From assembly GCF_009914755.1 (NCBI RefSeq), contig NC_060925.1: 64,000 nt of DNA. One strand, 5' to 3'. Source of the stretch: the human T2T-CHM13v2.0 reference genome, Homo sapiens. This document shows, one piece after another, positions 1-17,250 of this stretch; position 1 is the first letter of the stretch, and each line of letters begins with the position of its first letter. Below the pieces are notes generated by a model, which saw only the letters and a program-made list of their open reading frames with translations, ran no database searches and was not told the DNA's origin. Both the position numbers and the translations under genes were made by a program.

Positions 1-3000
1 TCTGTTATGTTTTGACTTTTTAATAATAGCCATTCTGACTGGTATGAGATGGTACCTCATTGTGGTTTTGATTTGTATCTGTTTGATGATTAGTGAGGTT
101 GAGCATTTTTTCATGTTTGTTGACTACTTGTATGTCTTCTTCTGAGAAGTGTCTGCTCATGTCCTTTGCCTATTTTTTAATAGAGATGTTTGGTTTTTGC
201 TTGTTGATTTAAGTTCCTTATAGATTCTGGATACTAGACCTCTGTCAGTTTGCAAATAAAATTTTTCTTATTCTGTAGGTTGTCTGTTTGCTCTCTTGAT
301 AGTTTATTTTGCTGTGAAGACACTGTTTAGTTTAATTAGGTCCCACTTGTCAATTTTTGTCTTTGTTGCTATTGCTTTTAAGGATTTAGTCATATTCTTT
401 GCATAGATCAATGTCTAGAAGAGTATTTCCTGGATTTTCTTCTAGTATTTTTATAGTTTTAGGTTTTACACATTAGTCTTTAATCCATTTTTAGTTAATT
501 TTTGTATGTAGTGAAAGGCAAGGGTCCAATTTCACTCTGCTGTATGTGGTTAGCCAGTTTTCCCAGAAGCACTTGCTGAATAGGGTATCCTTTCCCAGTT
601 GTTTATTTTTGTAAACTTTGTTGAATATCAGTTGGCTGTATGTGGGCAGGTTTATTTCAGAGGTCTCTATTCAGTTATGTTGATCTGTGTCTACATTTGT
701 ACCAGTACCATGTCATTTTGTTTACTGCAGCCTTGTAGCATAGTTTGAAGTCAGGTAACATGATGATTCCAGCTTTATTCTTTTTGCTTAGGACTTCCTT
801 GGCTATTTGGGCTCTTTTAGTTCCATATGAACTTTATGATCATTTTTTCTAATTATGTGAAAAAATGACATTGGTAATTGGATAGAAATAGCATTGAATC
901 TGTAGATTGCTTTGGGCAGTATGAACATTTTAATGATATTGGTTCTTCCAACCTATGTATGTGGAATGTTTTTCCATTTATTTGTGTCATCTCCGATTTC
1001 TTTCAGCTCTGTTTTCTAGTTCTCATTGTAGAGATATTTCACTTCCTTGGTTATATGTATTAGTGGGTACTTTTGTGTGTAAATTGTAAATGGGATTACA
1101 TTCTCCTTTTTACACATTTTTTTGAGACAGGGTCTCATTCTGTCACCCAGGCTGGAGTGCAGTGGTGTGAACATGGCTAACAGGACCCCGATCTCCTGGA
1201 TGCAAGCCTGCAGAACAACTGGGACCACAGCCACATGTTTCCATTCTTGGCTAATTATTTCAGTGAATTCTTGACTTGGTTCTCAGCTTGAACTTTTTTT
1301 TTTGGTGTATTAAAATGCTAGTGATTTTTCCATGTTGATTTTGTATCCTGAGACTTTGCTGAACTATTTAAAAAAATAGCTCTAGGGATATTTGGCAGAA
1401 TCTTCAGGGTTTTATAGGTATAAAAAAGGTATTGAAGAGTTTGGTATTTATTGTAGTCTTCTCAGTCTGGCCTTGTTTGTACCTGTCCTTTTTGGAAAGA
1501 CTTTCCAGGTATTTGAAATAACTGGAGTGTTGTAATTTAAGCTGTATCTGCATTAGGAGCCACCCCAAGTACATTAGCAAAGAGAGAAAATCTGACTTCC
1601 TCTTTTCCTATGTAGATGCCTTTTATTTCTTCCTCTTACTGGATTGTTCCAGCTAAAACTTCCAGCAGTACGTTGAATAGTAGTGGTGAAAGTGGACATT
1701 ATTGTCTTGTTCCAGTTCTTAGGAGAAATGTTTCCAGTTTTTGCCCATTCACTATGATATTGGCTGTAGGTTTATCATAGATGGCTTTTATTATTTTGAG
1801 GTATGTTCCTTTGATGCCTAGTTTGTTGAGGGTATTTAACATGCAAGCATGTTGGATGTTATCGCATGCTTTTCCTGCATCTATTGAGATAATCTTATGG
1901 GTTTTGTTTTTAATTCTGTTTATATAATGTATTACATTTATTGATTTGCATATGTTGAACCATCCTTGAATTCCAGGAATAAAGCCCACTTCATCAGGGT
2001 GAATAAGTTTTTGATGTGCTGCTGCATTCAGTTTGATAGTATTTTTTGAGGACTTTTGTGTCTATGTTCATCAGGGATATTGGCCTGTAGTTTTTTTTGT
2101 TTTGTCTTTGCCAGACTTTGGCACCAAGATGATATTGATTTCATAGAATGAGTCAGAGAGGAGTCTCTCCTCAATTTTTTTGGAATTGTTTCAGTAGGAT
2201 TGATAGCAGTTCTTCTTTGTACATCAGGTAAAATTGGCTGTGAATCCATCTCGTCCAGGGCTTGTGTTTGTTGTAGGTATTTTTATCCCTTATTCAGTTT
2301 TATTACTCATTATTGGTCTGTTCAGGATTTTGATTTCTTCCTTGTTCAATCTTCCAAAGTTGTGTGTTTCTAGAAATTTATCCATTTCCTCTAGATTTTC
2401 CAGTTTTTGTGCATAGAAATGTTCACAGTAGTCTCTGAGGATCTTTTGTATTTCTGTGGGATTGGTCGTGATGTTACCTCTGTCATTTCTAATTGTGCTT
2501 ATTTGGATCTTCTCTCTATTTCTTTTTTAATGTAGCAAGCAGTTTATCAATCTCATTTATCCTTTCAAAGAACCAACTTTGTATGTTGCTGAACCTTTGT
2601 ATAATTTTGGGAGTCTCAGTTTCATTTAGTTATGCTCTGGTTTCAGTTATTTCATTTCTTCCACTAGCTTTGGGTTTAGTTTGTTTTTGTTCTAGTTGCT
2701 TTAGGTGTGAGGTTGGGTTGTTAATTTGAGATCTTTATATTGAGGTGCTTAGCATTGTAATCTTTCCTCTTAACACTGCTTTTGCTGCATCCCAGAGATT
2801 TTGGTATGTTTTGTCTCTGTCTTCATTTATTTCAAAGAATTTTTTTTTATTTCTGCCTAAATCTTGATGTTTACCCAAAAGTCACTCAGGAGAAAGTTGT
2901 TTAATTTTCATGTATTTATGTGAATTTAAGAGATCTTCTTGGTACTGATTTCTATTTTTATTCCATTGTATGCTTAGTATAATTTCAATTGTTTTATGAC

Positions 3001-3460
3001 AGAGAATGTGGTCAATCTTAGAGTATGTTCCATGTGCAGATGACAACGTACATCTTGAGGTTGTTGGGTGGATTATTCTGTAGATGTCTATTAGATACAA
3101 CTGATCAAATGTCAAATTTAGGTCCATATTTTTTTCATTAGTTTTCTGCCTCGATAATCTGTCTAATGCTGTCAGCGAGATGTTGAAGTCCCCCACTATT
3201 ATTGGTGGCTGTCAATATTTTTTCTTAGGTCTAAAAGTACTTGATTTTTGAATCTGGGTGCTCCAATACTGAGTGCATGTATCCTTACAATAGTTAGGTC
3301 TTCTTGTTGAATTGAACACATTATCATTATATAATGCCCTTCTTGGTCCTTTTTCTTATTGTTTCTGACTTAAAGACTGTTTTATGTAATATAAGAATAG
3401 TGATCTCTGCTATTTTTTGTTTTAAATTTGTGTGATAGATCTTTCTCCATCCCTTTACCT
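1..3460 (-). mobile_element. Old LINE-1 (L1PB/late L1PA-like), ORF2 remnant, runs off window start; interrupted by an Alu fragment and a 145-bp foreign insert
   Basis: Minus-strand ORFs give L1 ORF2 peptides: 1699..1989 [20 protein letters not shown] (RT) and 2882..3196 GDFNISLTALDR (endonuclease); many stops and frameshifts. Confidence 0.95.
1117..1260 (-). mobile_element. Degenerate Alu monomer (FRAM/AluJ-like)
   Basis: ttttttgagacagggtctcattctgtcacccaggctggagtgcagtgg then a diverged body ending ggctaattatt; only one arm. Confidence 0.85.
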
Positions 3461-3465
3461 TATGA

Positions 3466-5961
3466 GACTATAGCATTTCTGGACCTGCCCTGGGCCTGAG
3501 GGTTGCTCAGTACACTGAAAGGTGAATCCCAGGCATGGCAGCATTCACCACAAGCTGACTGAAGAGCCCTTGGGCCTGAAGATAAAATCAATAGAAGCCT
3601 GGCAGTAAGTACTCCCTAAGGGCCTGTTGTGGTATAGTCCATATGATGAAACTTCTCTGCCTGTGGAAAGGGGAGGAAACAATGGGAAGGACTGCATCTC
3701 ATGATTTGAGTGTCAGATAGGCCACACTAAAATAGAATACCAGGTAGGTTTTTTAAGTTTTCGACTCTAGTCCCTGGTCCTCGAACAGCACCTCTGGACC
3801 CATGCAGGGCCTTGGGAACTCACCTCACTGAAGGGAAGGATATAAACTTGGATAGCTTCACTAGCTGCTAATTGTAGTTGCAGGGCCTTGAGCAAACATA
3901 GGTGGTAGCAAGGTAGTAATTACAGCAGACCTTGGGCAAGACACAGTGCTATGCTGGCTTCAGGTTTGACCCAGCACAGTCCTAGTGATGGTGACTGCAG
4001 AGGTTTTTGTGTCACCAGAACCCTAGATCCACGTAGCTTAGAGTGGAGAGAAATCAGCTCCATTTGTTTGGAAGAAAGTAAGGGAAGAGATCAAGAGTCT
4101 CTGCCTGGTAATCCAGAAAAGTCTTTTGGATCTTACCCAAGACCACCAAGGTGGTACCTCCATGAGGCTACAAGAATCATAGCATTACTAGGCTTGGGGT
4201 GCCCCCTAATGTGGATACAACTTAAATCACAACACTCAAGTTCTTTCAAACACCTGGAAAGCCTTCCTGAGAATGACAGGTACAAACAAGGCCAGACTGA
4301 GAAGACTGCAATAAATAACAAACTTTTCAGTGCTGAAGAAATCTACTAGCATCAATACCATCTAGAAAAACATGACCTTACCAAATGAACTAAATAAGGC
4401 ACTGGAAAACAATCCTGGAGAAAGAGATATGTGACCTTTCAGACAGAGAATTCAAAATCACTGTTTTGAGGAAACTAAAAGAAATTCAAGATAACACAGA
4501 GAAGGAATTGATAATTTTATCAAATAAATGTCACAAAGAGATTTGAAAAATTAAAAAAGAACCAAATAAAGATTCTGGAGATGAAAATGCAACTGACACA
4601 CTGAAGAACACATCAGTCTTTTAATAGCAGAACTGATCAAGCAGAAGAAAGCATAAGTGATCTTGAATACAGGCTATTTGAAAATACACAGTCAGATGAG
4701 AAAAAATTTTAAAAAAGAATTAAAAGAAGAAAGCCTGCTTGCAGGATTTAGAAAATATCTTTAAAAGAGCAAATCTAAGAGTCATTGGGCTTAAAGAGGA
4801 GGTAGAGAAAAGATAGAGTTACAAAGTTTATTCAAATGGATAATAACAGAGAATTCCCAAACCTAGAGAAAGATAACAATATCTAAGTATAAAAATAAAA
4901 TACCAAGCAGGTTTGACCAATAGAAGACTAACTCAAGACATTTAATAGCCAAACTCCCAAAGGTCAAGGATAAAAAAAGGACTCTAAGAGGAGCCAAAAG
5001 AAGAAGAAGGAGAAGAAAGAAGAAGTAAAAAAGAAAGAAATAACATATAAGGAATTCCAATATGTCTAGCAGCAGATTTTTCAATAGAAACCTTATAGGC
5101 CAGGAGAGAAGCATGACATATTTAATGCTCTGAGGGAACAAACTTTTACCCTAGAATACTATCTGGTGAAAATAACCTTCAATCATGAAGGAGAAATAAA
5201 GACTTACCCAGACAAACAAAAGCTGAGGGATTTCATCAACACTAGACCTGCCATATAAAAAATGCTAAAGGGATTACTTCAGTCAGAAAAAAAAGAATAT
5301 TAATGAACAGTAAAAAATCATCAGAAGGTACCAAACTCATTGCTAATAGTAAGGACACAGAAAAACACAGACTATTATAACACTGTAACTGTAGAGTGTA
5401 AACCACTCTTACGTAGAAAGACTAGAGTATGAACCAATCAAAAATAACTACAGCAACTTTTCAAGACATAGACGATGCAATAAGACATAAATAGAAATAA
5501 CAAAAAGTTAAAAAGGAAGAAATGGAGTTAAAATGTAGAGTTTTTATTAATTTTCTTTTTGTTTGTTTATGCAGAGTTAAGTTGTTATCGGCTTATAATA
5601 ATGGGTTTTAAGATACTATTTGCAAGCCTTATGTTAACCTTAAATCAAAAAACATAGGATACATAAAAAATAAAAAGCAAAAATCAAATCATACCACCCG
5701 ACAAAATCATACTCACTGAAAGGAAGACATGCAAGAAAAAAGGAAAAAAGAGAAGACCTCAAAACAACCAGAAAAGAAATATAATGGTAAGAGTAAGTCC
5801 TTACTTGTCAATAATAACACTAGAACCGACAAATTAAGTAATGCTGTAGGATATAAAATCAATATACAAAAATCAGTTGCATTTCTGTATGCCAACAGTG
5901 AACAAATCAAATCAGGAAAGTTATCCCATTTACAATAACTACAAATACAATGAAATATCTA
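3466..5961 (+). mobile_element. L1MA-type LINE-1, 5' part (5'UTR, decayed ORF1, ORF2 start fused to RT region)
   Basis: L1M-like 5'UTR, A-rich ORF1 region ~4350-5300 (cagatttttcaatagaaacctta, ttttaccctagaata), ORF2 start gtaagtccttacttgtcaataataacac, then GYKINIQKSVAFLYAN. Confidence 0.9.
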
Positions 5962-5962
5962 G

Positions 5963-9931
<3,969 letters not shown>

Positions 9932-11590
9932 GGATCTTAACCAAAGAAGTAAATAATCTTGGCAATAAAAACTATAAAACATTTATGCAAGACACTGAAC
10001 AAGACACCAAAAAATAGAAAATTATTCCCTGTTCATGGATTGGAAGAATTAATATAGCTAAAATGTCCATACTACCCAAAGCAATCTACAAATTGAATGC
10101 AATCCCTCTCAAAATACCAATGAAATTATTCACAGAAACATAAAAAAATTCCTAAATTCATATAGAATGATACAAGACCCAGAATAGCCAATAAGTGGTG
10201 CTGGGAAACATGGATATCCATATGGAAAAGAAGAAAATTAAACCCCTATCTCTCACCACATACAAAAATCAAATCAAAGTGGATTAAAGACTTAAATCTA
10301 CCTTAAACTATAAAACTACTACAAAACACATTGAGGAACCTCTCCAGGACATAGAACTGGGCAAAGGTTTCTTGAGTAACGCTCCGCAAGCACAGGCAAC
10401 CAAAGTAAACATGGCCCAATGAAATCCCATCATGTTAAAAAAAAAAGAAACTTATGCACAGTATAGGAAACAATCAAGTGAAGAGACAACCCATAGAATG
10501 GCAGAAAATATTTGCAAACTATGCATCTGACAAGGAATTAATAAACAGAATATATAAAGAGCTCAAACAACTATATAGGAAAATATCTAATAATCTGATA
10601 TAAAAATGGGTAAAGATCTGAATATACATCTCTCAAAAGAAGACATACAAATGGCAAATGGGTATAAAAAGGTGCTCAACATTATTGATCATCAGAGAAA
10701 TGCAAATCAAAACTGCAATGAGATATCATATTATTACATTTAAAATGGCTTTTCCAAGAGTCAGGCAATAACAAATGCAAGTGAGGATGTGGAAGAAAGA
10801 GATCCCTCATACACTGTTTGTGGGAATGTAAATTAGTACAACCACTGAGAAAAAACGGTTTGGAAGTTCTTCAGAAACTACAGATAGAGCTATGTTATGA
10901 TCCAGCAATCCCTCTCCTAGGTATATATTCAAAAGTTGGGAAATCAACATACTGAAGAGATATCTGAACTCCCATGTTTATTTCAGCACTATTGTCAATA
11001 GGCAATATTTGGGAGCAACCTAAGCATCCATCAACAGAAAAATGGATAAAGAAAATGTGGTACATATACACAATGGAGTACTATTCAGCCGTAAAAAAAG
11101 AATGAGATCTTTTCATTTGTAACAACATGGATGTAACTGGAGATCATTATGTTAAGTGAAATTAGCCAGCCACAGAAAGACAAAATTCACATGTTCTCCC
11201 TTATTTGTGGGATCTGAAAATTTAAACAATTGAACTCATGGAGACAGAGAGTAGAAGGATGATTATCAGAGGCTGGAAAGGGCAGGGCGGTACAGGGATG
11301 GGGTGGGGTTGATTGGTACAAATAATTAGAAAGAATAAATAAGGCCTACTATTTGATAGCATAACAGAGTGACTATAGTCAATAATAATTTAATTGTACA
11401 TTTAAAGATAACAAAAAGAGTATAATGGGATAGTTAGTAACACAAAGGATAAAAGCTTGAGGGGATAAATATCTCATTCTTCATGATGTGATTGTTACAC
11501 ATTGCAGGCCAGTATCAAAACATCTCATTTAATTCATAAATATATATATACACTATGTACCCACAAAAGTTAAAAACTTTTAAAAATCTT
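9932..11590 (+). mobile_element. L1MA-type LINE-1, 3' part (continuation of 3466..5961), L1MA2/3-like 3'UTR
   Basis: ORF2 C-terminal homology; 3'UTR tttgatagcataacagagtgactatagtcaataataatttaattgtac...tatgtacccacaaaagttaaaaa. Confidence 0.92.
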
Positions 11591-11604
11591 TATAAATGTA
11601 AAAG

Positions 11605-12715
11605 AAAAAAGCAGAAAATGTGGTACATATACATGGTGGAGTACCATTCAGCCTTTAAAAAGAATGAGATCCACTGTTGGTGGGACTGTAAACTAGTTCA
11701 ACCATTGGGGAAGTCAGTGTGGCGATTCCTCAGGGATCTAGAACTAGAAATACCATTTGACCCAGCCATCCCATTACTGGGTATATACCCAAAGGATTAT
11801 AAATCATGCTGCTATAAAGACACATGCACACGTATGTTTAATGTGGCACTATTCACAATAGCAAAGACTTGGAACCAACCCAAATGTCCAACAATGATAG
11901 ACTGGATTAAGAAAATATGGCATATATACACCATGGAATACTATGCAGCCATAAAAAATGATGAGTTCATGTCCTTTGTAGGAACATGGATGAAGCTGGA
12001 AATCATCATTCTCAGCAAACTATCGCAAGGACAAAAAACCAAACACCGCATGTTCTCACTCATAGGTGGGAATTGAACAATGAGAACACATGGACACTGG
12101 AAGGGGAACATCACACACCGGGGTCTGTTGTGGGGTGGGGGGAGGGGGGAGGGATAGCATTAGGAGATATACCTAATGTTAAATGATGAGTTAATGGGTG
12201 CAGCACACCAACATGGCACATGTATACATATGTAACTAACCTGCACATTGTGCACATGTACCCTAAAACTTAAAGTATAATAATAATAATAAAAAGAAAC
12301 AGGTGAAATTAAAAAAAAAAAGAATGAGATCCTGTCATTTAGAACATGGATAGTATTGGAGGTGATTATGTTAAGTGAAATAAGCTAAGCACAGAAAGAC
12401 AAACTTTGCATGTTCTCACCTATTTGTGAGAACTAAAAATTAAAACAGTTGATCTCAGGAGACAGAGGATAGAAGGATAGTTACCACAGGCTGGGAAGGG
12501 TAGTGGAGGGTTGCAGGGGATGTAGAGAGCCTTAATGGGTACAAACTAATAGAAAAAATGAAGAATACCTAATATTTGCTAGCATAACAGGGTGACTATA
12601 GTAAAAAGTCATTTCATTGTGCATTTTTAAATAATTAGAAAAGTATAATTGGATTGCTTGTAACACAAAGCATAAGTGCTTGAGGAGATAAATACCCCCA
12701 TTTACCCTGATGTGA
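11605..12715 (+). mobile_element. Second L1MA 3'-end fragment (host of the young L1PA)
   Basis: gaaaatgtggtacatatac...aaaaagaatgagatcc | tgtcattt...gcataacagggtgactatag...cccatttaccctgatgtga. Confidence 0.85.
11673..12316 (+). mobile_element. Young 5'-truncated L1PA (PA3-5-like)
   Basis: ORF2 C-terminus [11 protein letters not shown]...MFSLIGGN, G-rich 3'UTR, A-tail, perfect 16-bp TSD aaaaagaatgagatcc (11657-11672; 12317-12332). Confidence 0.97.
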
Positions 12716-13914
12716 AGATGCTATTAGAGATGCTCAAAGCTGACAATTGCTTTGGAAGGAGTCTGTGGAGTGAGTCCCACCTCTTCTCACACTGCTTCAA
12801 TTTGTCAGACCCCAGAGTCTGTCTATGCACTCAGAAATCAGATAGCAAATCAAAGTATTCATGTACTCTTTTTCAAATATGTACAAAATTTACTCTCAAT
12901 TACCTTTACGGAAATACAGAGAATCTTCACCTATTTTCCAAAGGTAATCTCAGAAAGATGTCATCATATGTATTGTTCTTTTAAAATAATAACCATCAAC
13001 AACTTAATAAGTTCACCTATCATTAGAACCAGTACCTAGCATACAGCTGGTTAAACACACCCAACCCTCTGATGTCATTCCACAAAGAATCTTAAAAACT
13101 CAGTCATAGGGAGAAAGCCCATCTCAGTTAATGAACCCCAACCCATCAAAATCCCTCAACCTGCTATGGCATGTTCCGTATAAGACCTTGTGGTCCTTAG
13201 CTCTCCTCATCCAGTTTTCAATGTTTCCTGCCCATCCTCCTCAAATTGGTGACCTATTCAGGCCTCTCTCTCTGGTTCATTTCCCTCACTACCTATTTCA
13301 CTCTTGGTTATGCATTCTCCTGTGATTTCAGCATCACTTTTCACTTTAAGTAACAGGAAATCCCATTGTCCCATCTCTAGAAAAACGTCGGCGTAAGTAA
13401 TCATTCCTCACATGATGCAAACAAGTTCTGAAAATCTAATGAAAAAATTTACATTCCTCTTACATGCAACCAAAAATGGGACAAACACCCTTAGAACAAA
13501 ACTGCTAGCCCCATGTCTGTGTCTGAAGTTAAGAAATAGAGCAAAAGGTTAGTATGAATAATTTTCTCTCCATTGTGAGCAATAGTTGCTATAATTCAAG
13601 CTATGACATAACTATAAAAGAAATGCATACCTCGTCCTCCAAATAGCTATAAATGTTAGAAAATATATTAGTCAATATGTTAGTCAAATGTGATCAAAGA
13701 TGTTCCACTCAGCATAGTACCTCTCAAAACAGAAAAATAATTAAATGTTCAAAAATAAGCTGGTGTGGGGTGGGGAAGGTGAAGTACAACGAAGATTTGT
13801 GGAAATGTTAGTATTATTATGCTATGCTCATTATGCTATTGAGTTTTACTCAGATTATTTCATCCAACTCATAACAACCCTGAGAAGTTAAAAAAGTTTA
13901 AGTAACATGCAACA

Positions 13915-14530
13915 GCTAACATTTACAGTATACTTCCAATATACCTGATATTGTGCTAAATGTTCTACAGGCACTATCTTATTTTATCCTCATGACAACT
14001 ATATGAGGTAGGTGTCTGAGAAGTTTTGCTCTGTGTCCCCACCCAAATCTCACTTTGAATTGTAATTCTCATAATCCCCACATGTCAAGAACAGGAACAG
14101 GTGGAGGTAATTGAATCATGGGGGCAGTTTCCCCCATGCTGTTCTCCTCAGACAGACAAGACAAGCTAGTGAGTGAGTTCTCAGGAGATTTGGTGGTTTT
14201 ATATGTGTCTGGCATTTCCCCTGCTTGCTCTCACTCCGTCCTGCTGCCCTGTGAAGAAGGTACCTGCCTCTCCTTTGCCTTCCACCATGATTATGTTTCC
14301 TGAGGCCTCACCAGCAATGCAGAAACTGTGAGTCAATTAAACCTCTTCCCTTTATAAATTACCCAGTGTTGAGTATTTCTTCATGGCAGTGTGAGAATGA
14401 ACTAATACAGTGCCATTATCATCTTATTTTAAAAATGAAAAACCTATGGTCTAGAAAAGTAACTGTTTCAGTGGCATCAGGCAGCTAGTAAACTGTACAG
14501 ACAGGGTTTGAACCCTGATATTCTGAGTAC
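13915..14530 (-). mobile_element. MIR split by the THE1D-like LTR
   Basis: ttatcctcatgacaactatatgaggtagg | attatcatcttattttaaaaatgaaaaacc...cagctagtaaac...gggtttgaaccc. Confidence 0.7.
14017..14409 (+). mobile_element. MaLR solo LTR (THE1D/MSTA-like)
   Basis: TG...CA ends, ctctgtgtccccacccaaatctc, gagtcaattaaacctc, aactaataca; TSD gtgtc/gtgcc. Confidence 0.93.
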
Positions 14531-14699
14531 CGACCCCATGATCATGATCATGTAATTAAAGGATAGGTTTCAACAACTAAATGAAGGCAAAGATATCAGG
14601 GATAATTGAAACCAAGTGCTCCAATACGTAAACATTAGATTATTTGTGTTTTTATAAATGAAGAAACCTAAATTGAAATTAAACTTCTGTAAACCTCCA

Positions 14700-17250
14700 C
14701 AGCAGGAATTGTTATTTTCAAATATCTGAAATATTATCTTATGTTTACTTTGTTGAATTTTAAAATTTTTGTTATGAAATATTTAGGTGTACTGAATACC
14801 CAGATTTAATCCATGTTAATATTTTGCCAGCTTCTAATCTTTAAAAAGAAATAAAAATTGTAAAGTTTTTCGTATAATCACCTCTCCCCAGAAAACCATT
14901 CTTTTCCTTTCTATCCCTGTGATAACTAATGCCCTGCAGTTGTTATATATTCTTTGTCCACATATTTTTGTATTTTATCATGTATGACTTTTGTATATTA
15001 ATCTAGTATCCAACAGTCTTGTATGATTCATTCTAATAGTTATTCTGTGGCTTTCTCTTGAATTTTTTTATTAATTTTTAATTTTTGTGGATATATAGTA
15101 GTTGTAGATAATTACGGGATAATGAGACATTTTGATGTAAGTTTACAATGCATAATAATCACATCAGGGTAAGTGGGTTATCCATCACCTCAAGCATTTA
15201 TCCTTTCTTTGTTTTAGAAACAATCCAATGATACTCTTTTAGTTATTTCAATACACACAATTAAATTATTGACTGTACTCATCCTGTAGTGCTATCAAAT
15301 ACCATATCTTATTCATTTTATATTACTATATTTTTGCACACATTAACTGTCCCCACATCCCACCCCTCCCACTATCCTTCTTTTCCTGTGGTTATCTTCT
15401 GTCTACTCTCCATCTCCATGAGTTAAATTGTTTTAATTTTTAGCTTCCACAAATAAGTGAGAACATGCAAACTTTGTCTTTCTGTGTTTGGCTTATTTCA
15501 CCTCCAGTTCCATCTATGTTGTTGCAAATGACAGGATCTCATTCTTTTTTATGGCTGAATTGTACCCCATTGTGTATATGCATCACGTTTTCTTTATCCA
15601 TTCATCTGTTGATGGATGCATATGTTGCTTCCAAATCTTGGCTGCGTGAATAGTGCTGCAATAAACACAGACTTGCAGATATATTTTTGATATACTGATT
15701 TCCTATCTTTTCGGTATATATCTAGTAGTGGAATTGCTGGATCATAAGGTAGCTCTATTTTTAGTTTTTTGAGGAACTTCTAAGCTGTTCTCTATAGTGT
15801 GTACTAATTTACATTCCCACCAACAGTGTATGAGGGCTCCCCCTTCTCCACATCCTCGCTTTCATTTGTTATTGCCTGACTTGGATAAAAGCCATTTTAA
15901 CTGGAGTAAGATGATATCTCATTGTAGTTCTGACTTGCATTTCCCTAATGATCAATGATGTTGAGCCTCATTTCATACACCTGTTTGCCATTTATATGTT
16001 TTCTTTTGAGAGATGCCTATTCAGATCTTTTGCTTATTTTTTTAAATCAGATTATTAGATTTTTTTCCAGTATAGTTGTTTTCCCTGCTTATATATTCTG
16101 GTTATTAATCCCCTGTCAGATGAATAGTTTGCACATATTTTCTCCCATTCTGTGGTTTCCCTCTCCACTTTCTTGATTGTTTCTTTTGCTGTGCAGAAGC
16201 TTTTTACATTGATGTGATCCAATTTGTCCATTTTTACTTTGGGTTGTCTGTGCTTGTGGGGTATTACTCAAGAAATCTTTGCCCAGTCCAATGGCCTGGA
16301 GAGTTTCTTCAATGTTCCTTGTAGCAATTTTATAGTTTGAATCTTAGCTTTAAATTTTTAATCCATTTTGAATTGATTTTTATATGGCAAGAGATAAAGG
16401 TCTAATTTTATTCTTCTACATATGGATATACAGTTTTCCCAGCAGCATTTATTGAAGAGATTGTCCTTTCCCCAGTGTATGCCTTTGTTAAAATGTGTTC
16501 ACTATAGATGTATGGATTTGTTTCTGGGTTCTCTATTCTTTTCTATCGGTTTATGTGTCTATTTTTATGCCAGTAGCATGCTGTTTTGGTCACTATAGCT
16601 TTGTAGTATAATTTTCTCTTGGATTTTCTATGTAGGAAATCATCATCTGGAAATAAGAAATAATTTTGTTTCTATTTCCAAATACTTACATGTCTTAATT
16701 CTCTTCCCTGTATTATGTGTTCTGGCTAAAACCTCACGTGTAATGTCAAATAGAGGTAGTGGCAGCAGGCATCTTTGCCTCTTCTTTTTCTTTAAGAGAA
16801 ATGTTTCTAAAGTTTTGACAACAATTTGTGGTTTTAATAGGCAATCATTATCTAGTTTAGATTAATTCTCTTTGATTCCTGAATTTTCAGGAGATTTAAT
16901 CATGGTTATTGAATTTTATCTTGTTTTTTCATTCATCTATTGAGATGAACATATTGATTTTGCTACTTAAATCTGTTAATGTTGTAACTTATTTTAAATT
17001 AAACAGTAATTAATGTATCTTTGAAGTTTTTAGATAAATCCTACTTCTCAGTAATTAAATTTTCTGCATATTGCTGTTTTTTTCCTACATATTGCTGGAT
17101 TTTGGTTGTAAATATTTAAGTTGGATTTTTCATCAATATTCATAAAATTTCTTTCTATAAATTGTATTTCTAGTGTCATCTTTTCCTGGTTTTGCTATCA
17201 AAGTTTGCTAGCCTCTTTAAATGCTTGTTTATTTTTGTTTTAACTTACAG
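14700..17250 (-). mobile_element. Ancient L1M (L1ME/MC-like) remnant, host of the next element
   Basis: Highly decayed antisense ORF2 motifs (aatcatcatctggaaata, tcatctattgagatga, tttttcatcaatattcat). Confidence 0.6.
15063..16612 (-). mobile_element. L1MA (MA2-4-like) 5'-truncated LINE-1
   Basis: 3'UTR taatttttgtgg...cataataatcacatcagggtaagtggg...catcacctcaagcatttatcc; degenerate TSD tttctcttg(a/g)attt at 15052 and 16613. Confidence 0.9.

Noticed and set aside
3951-4349. 132-aa ORF
   Set aside because: Lies in a decayed L1M 5' region; no independent gene evidence.
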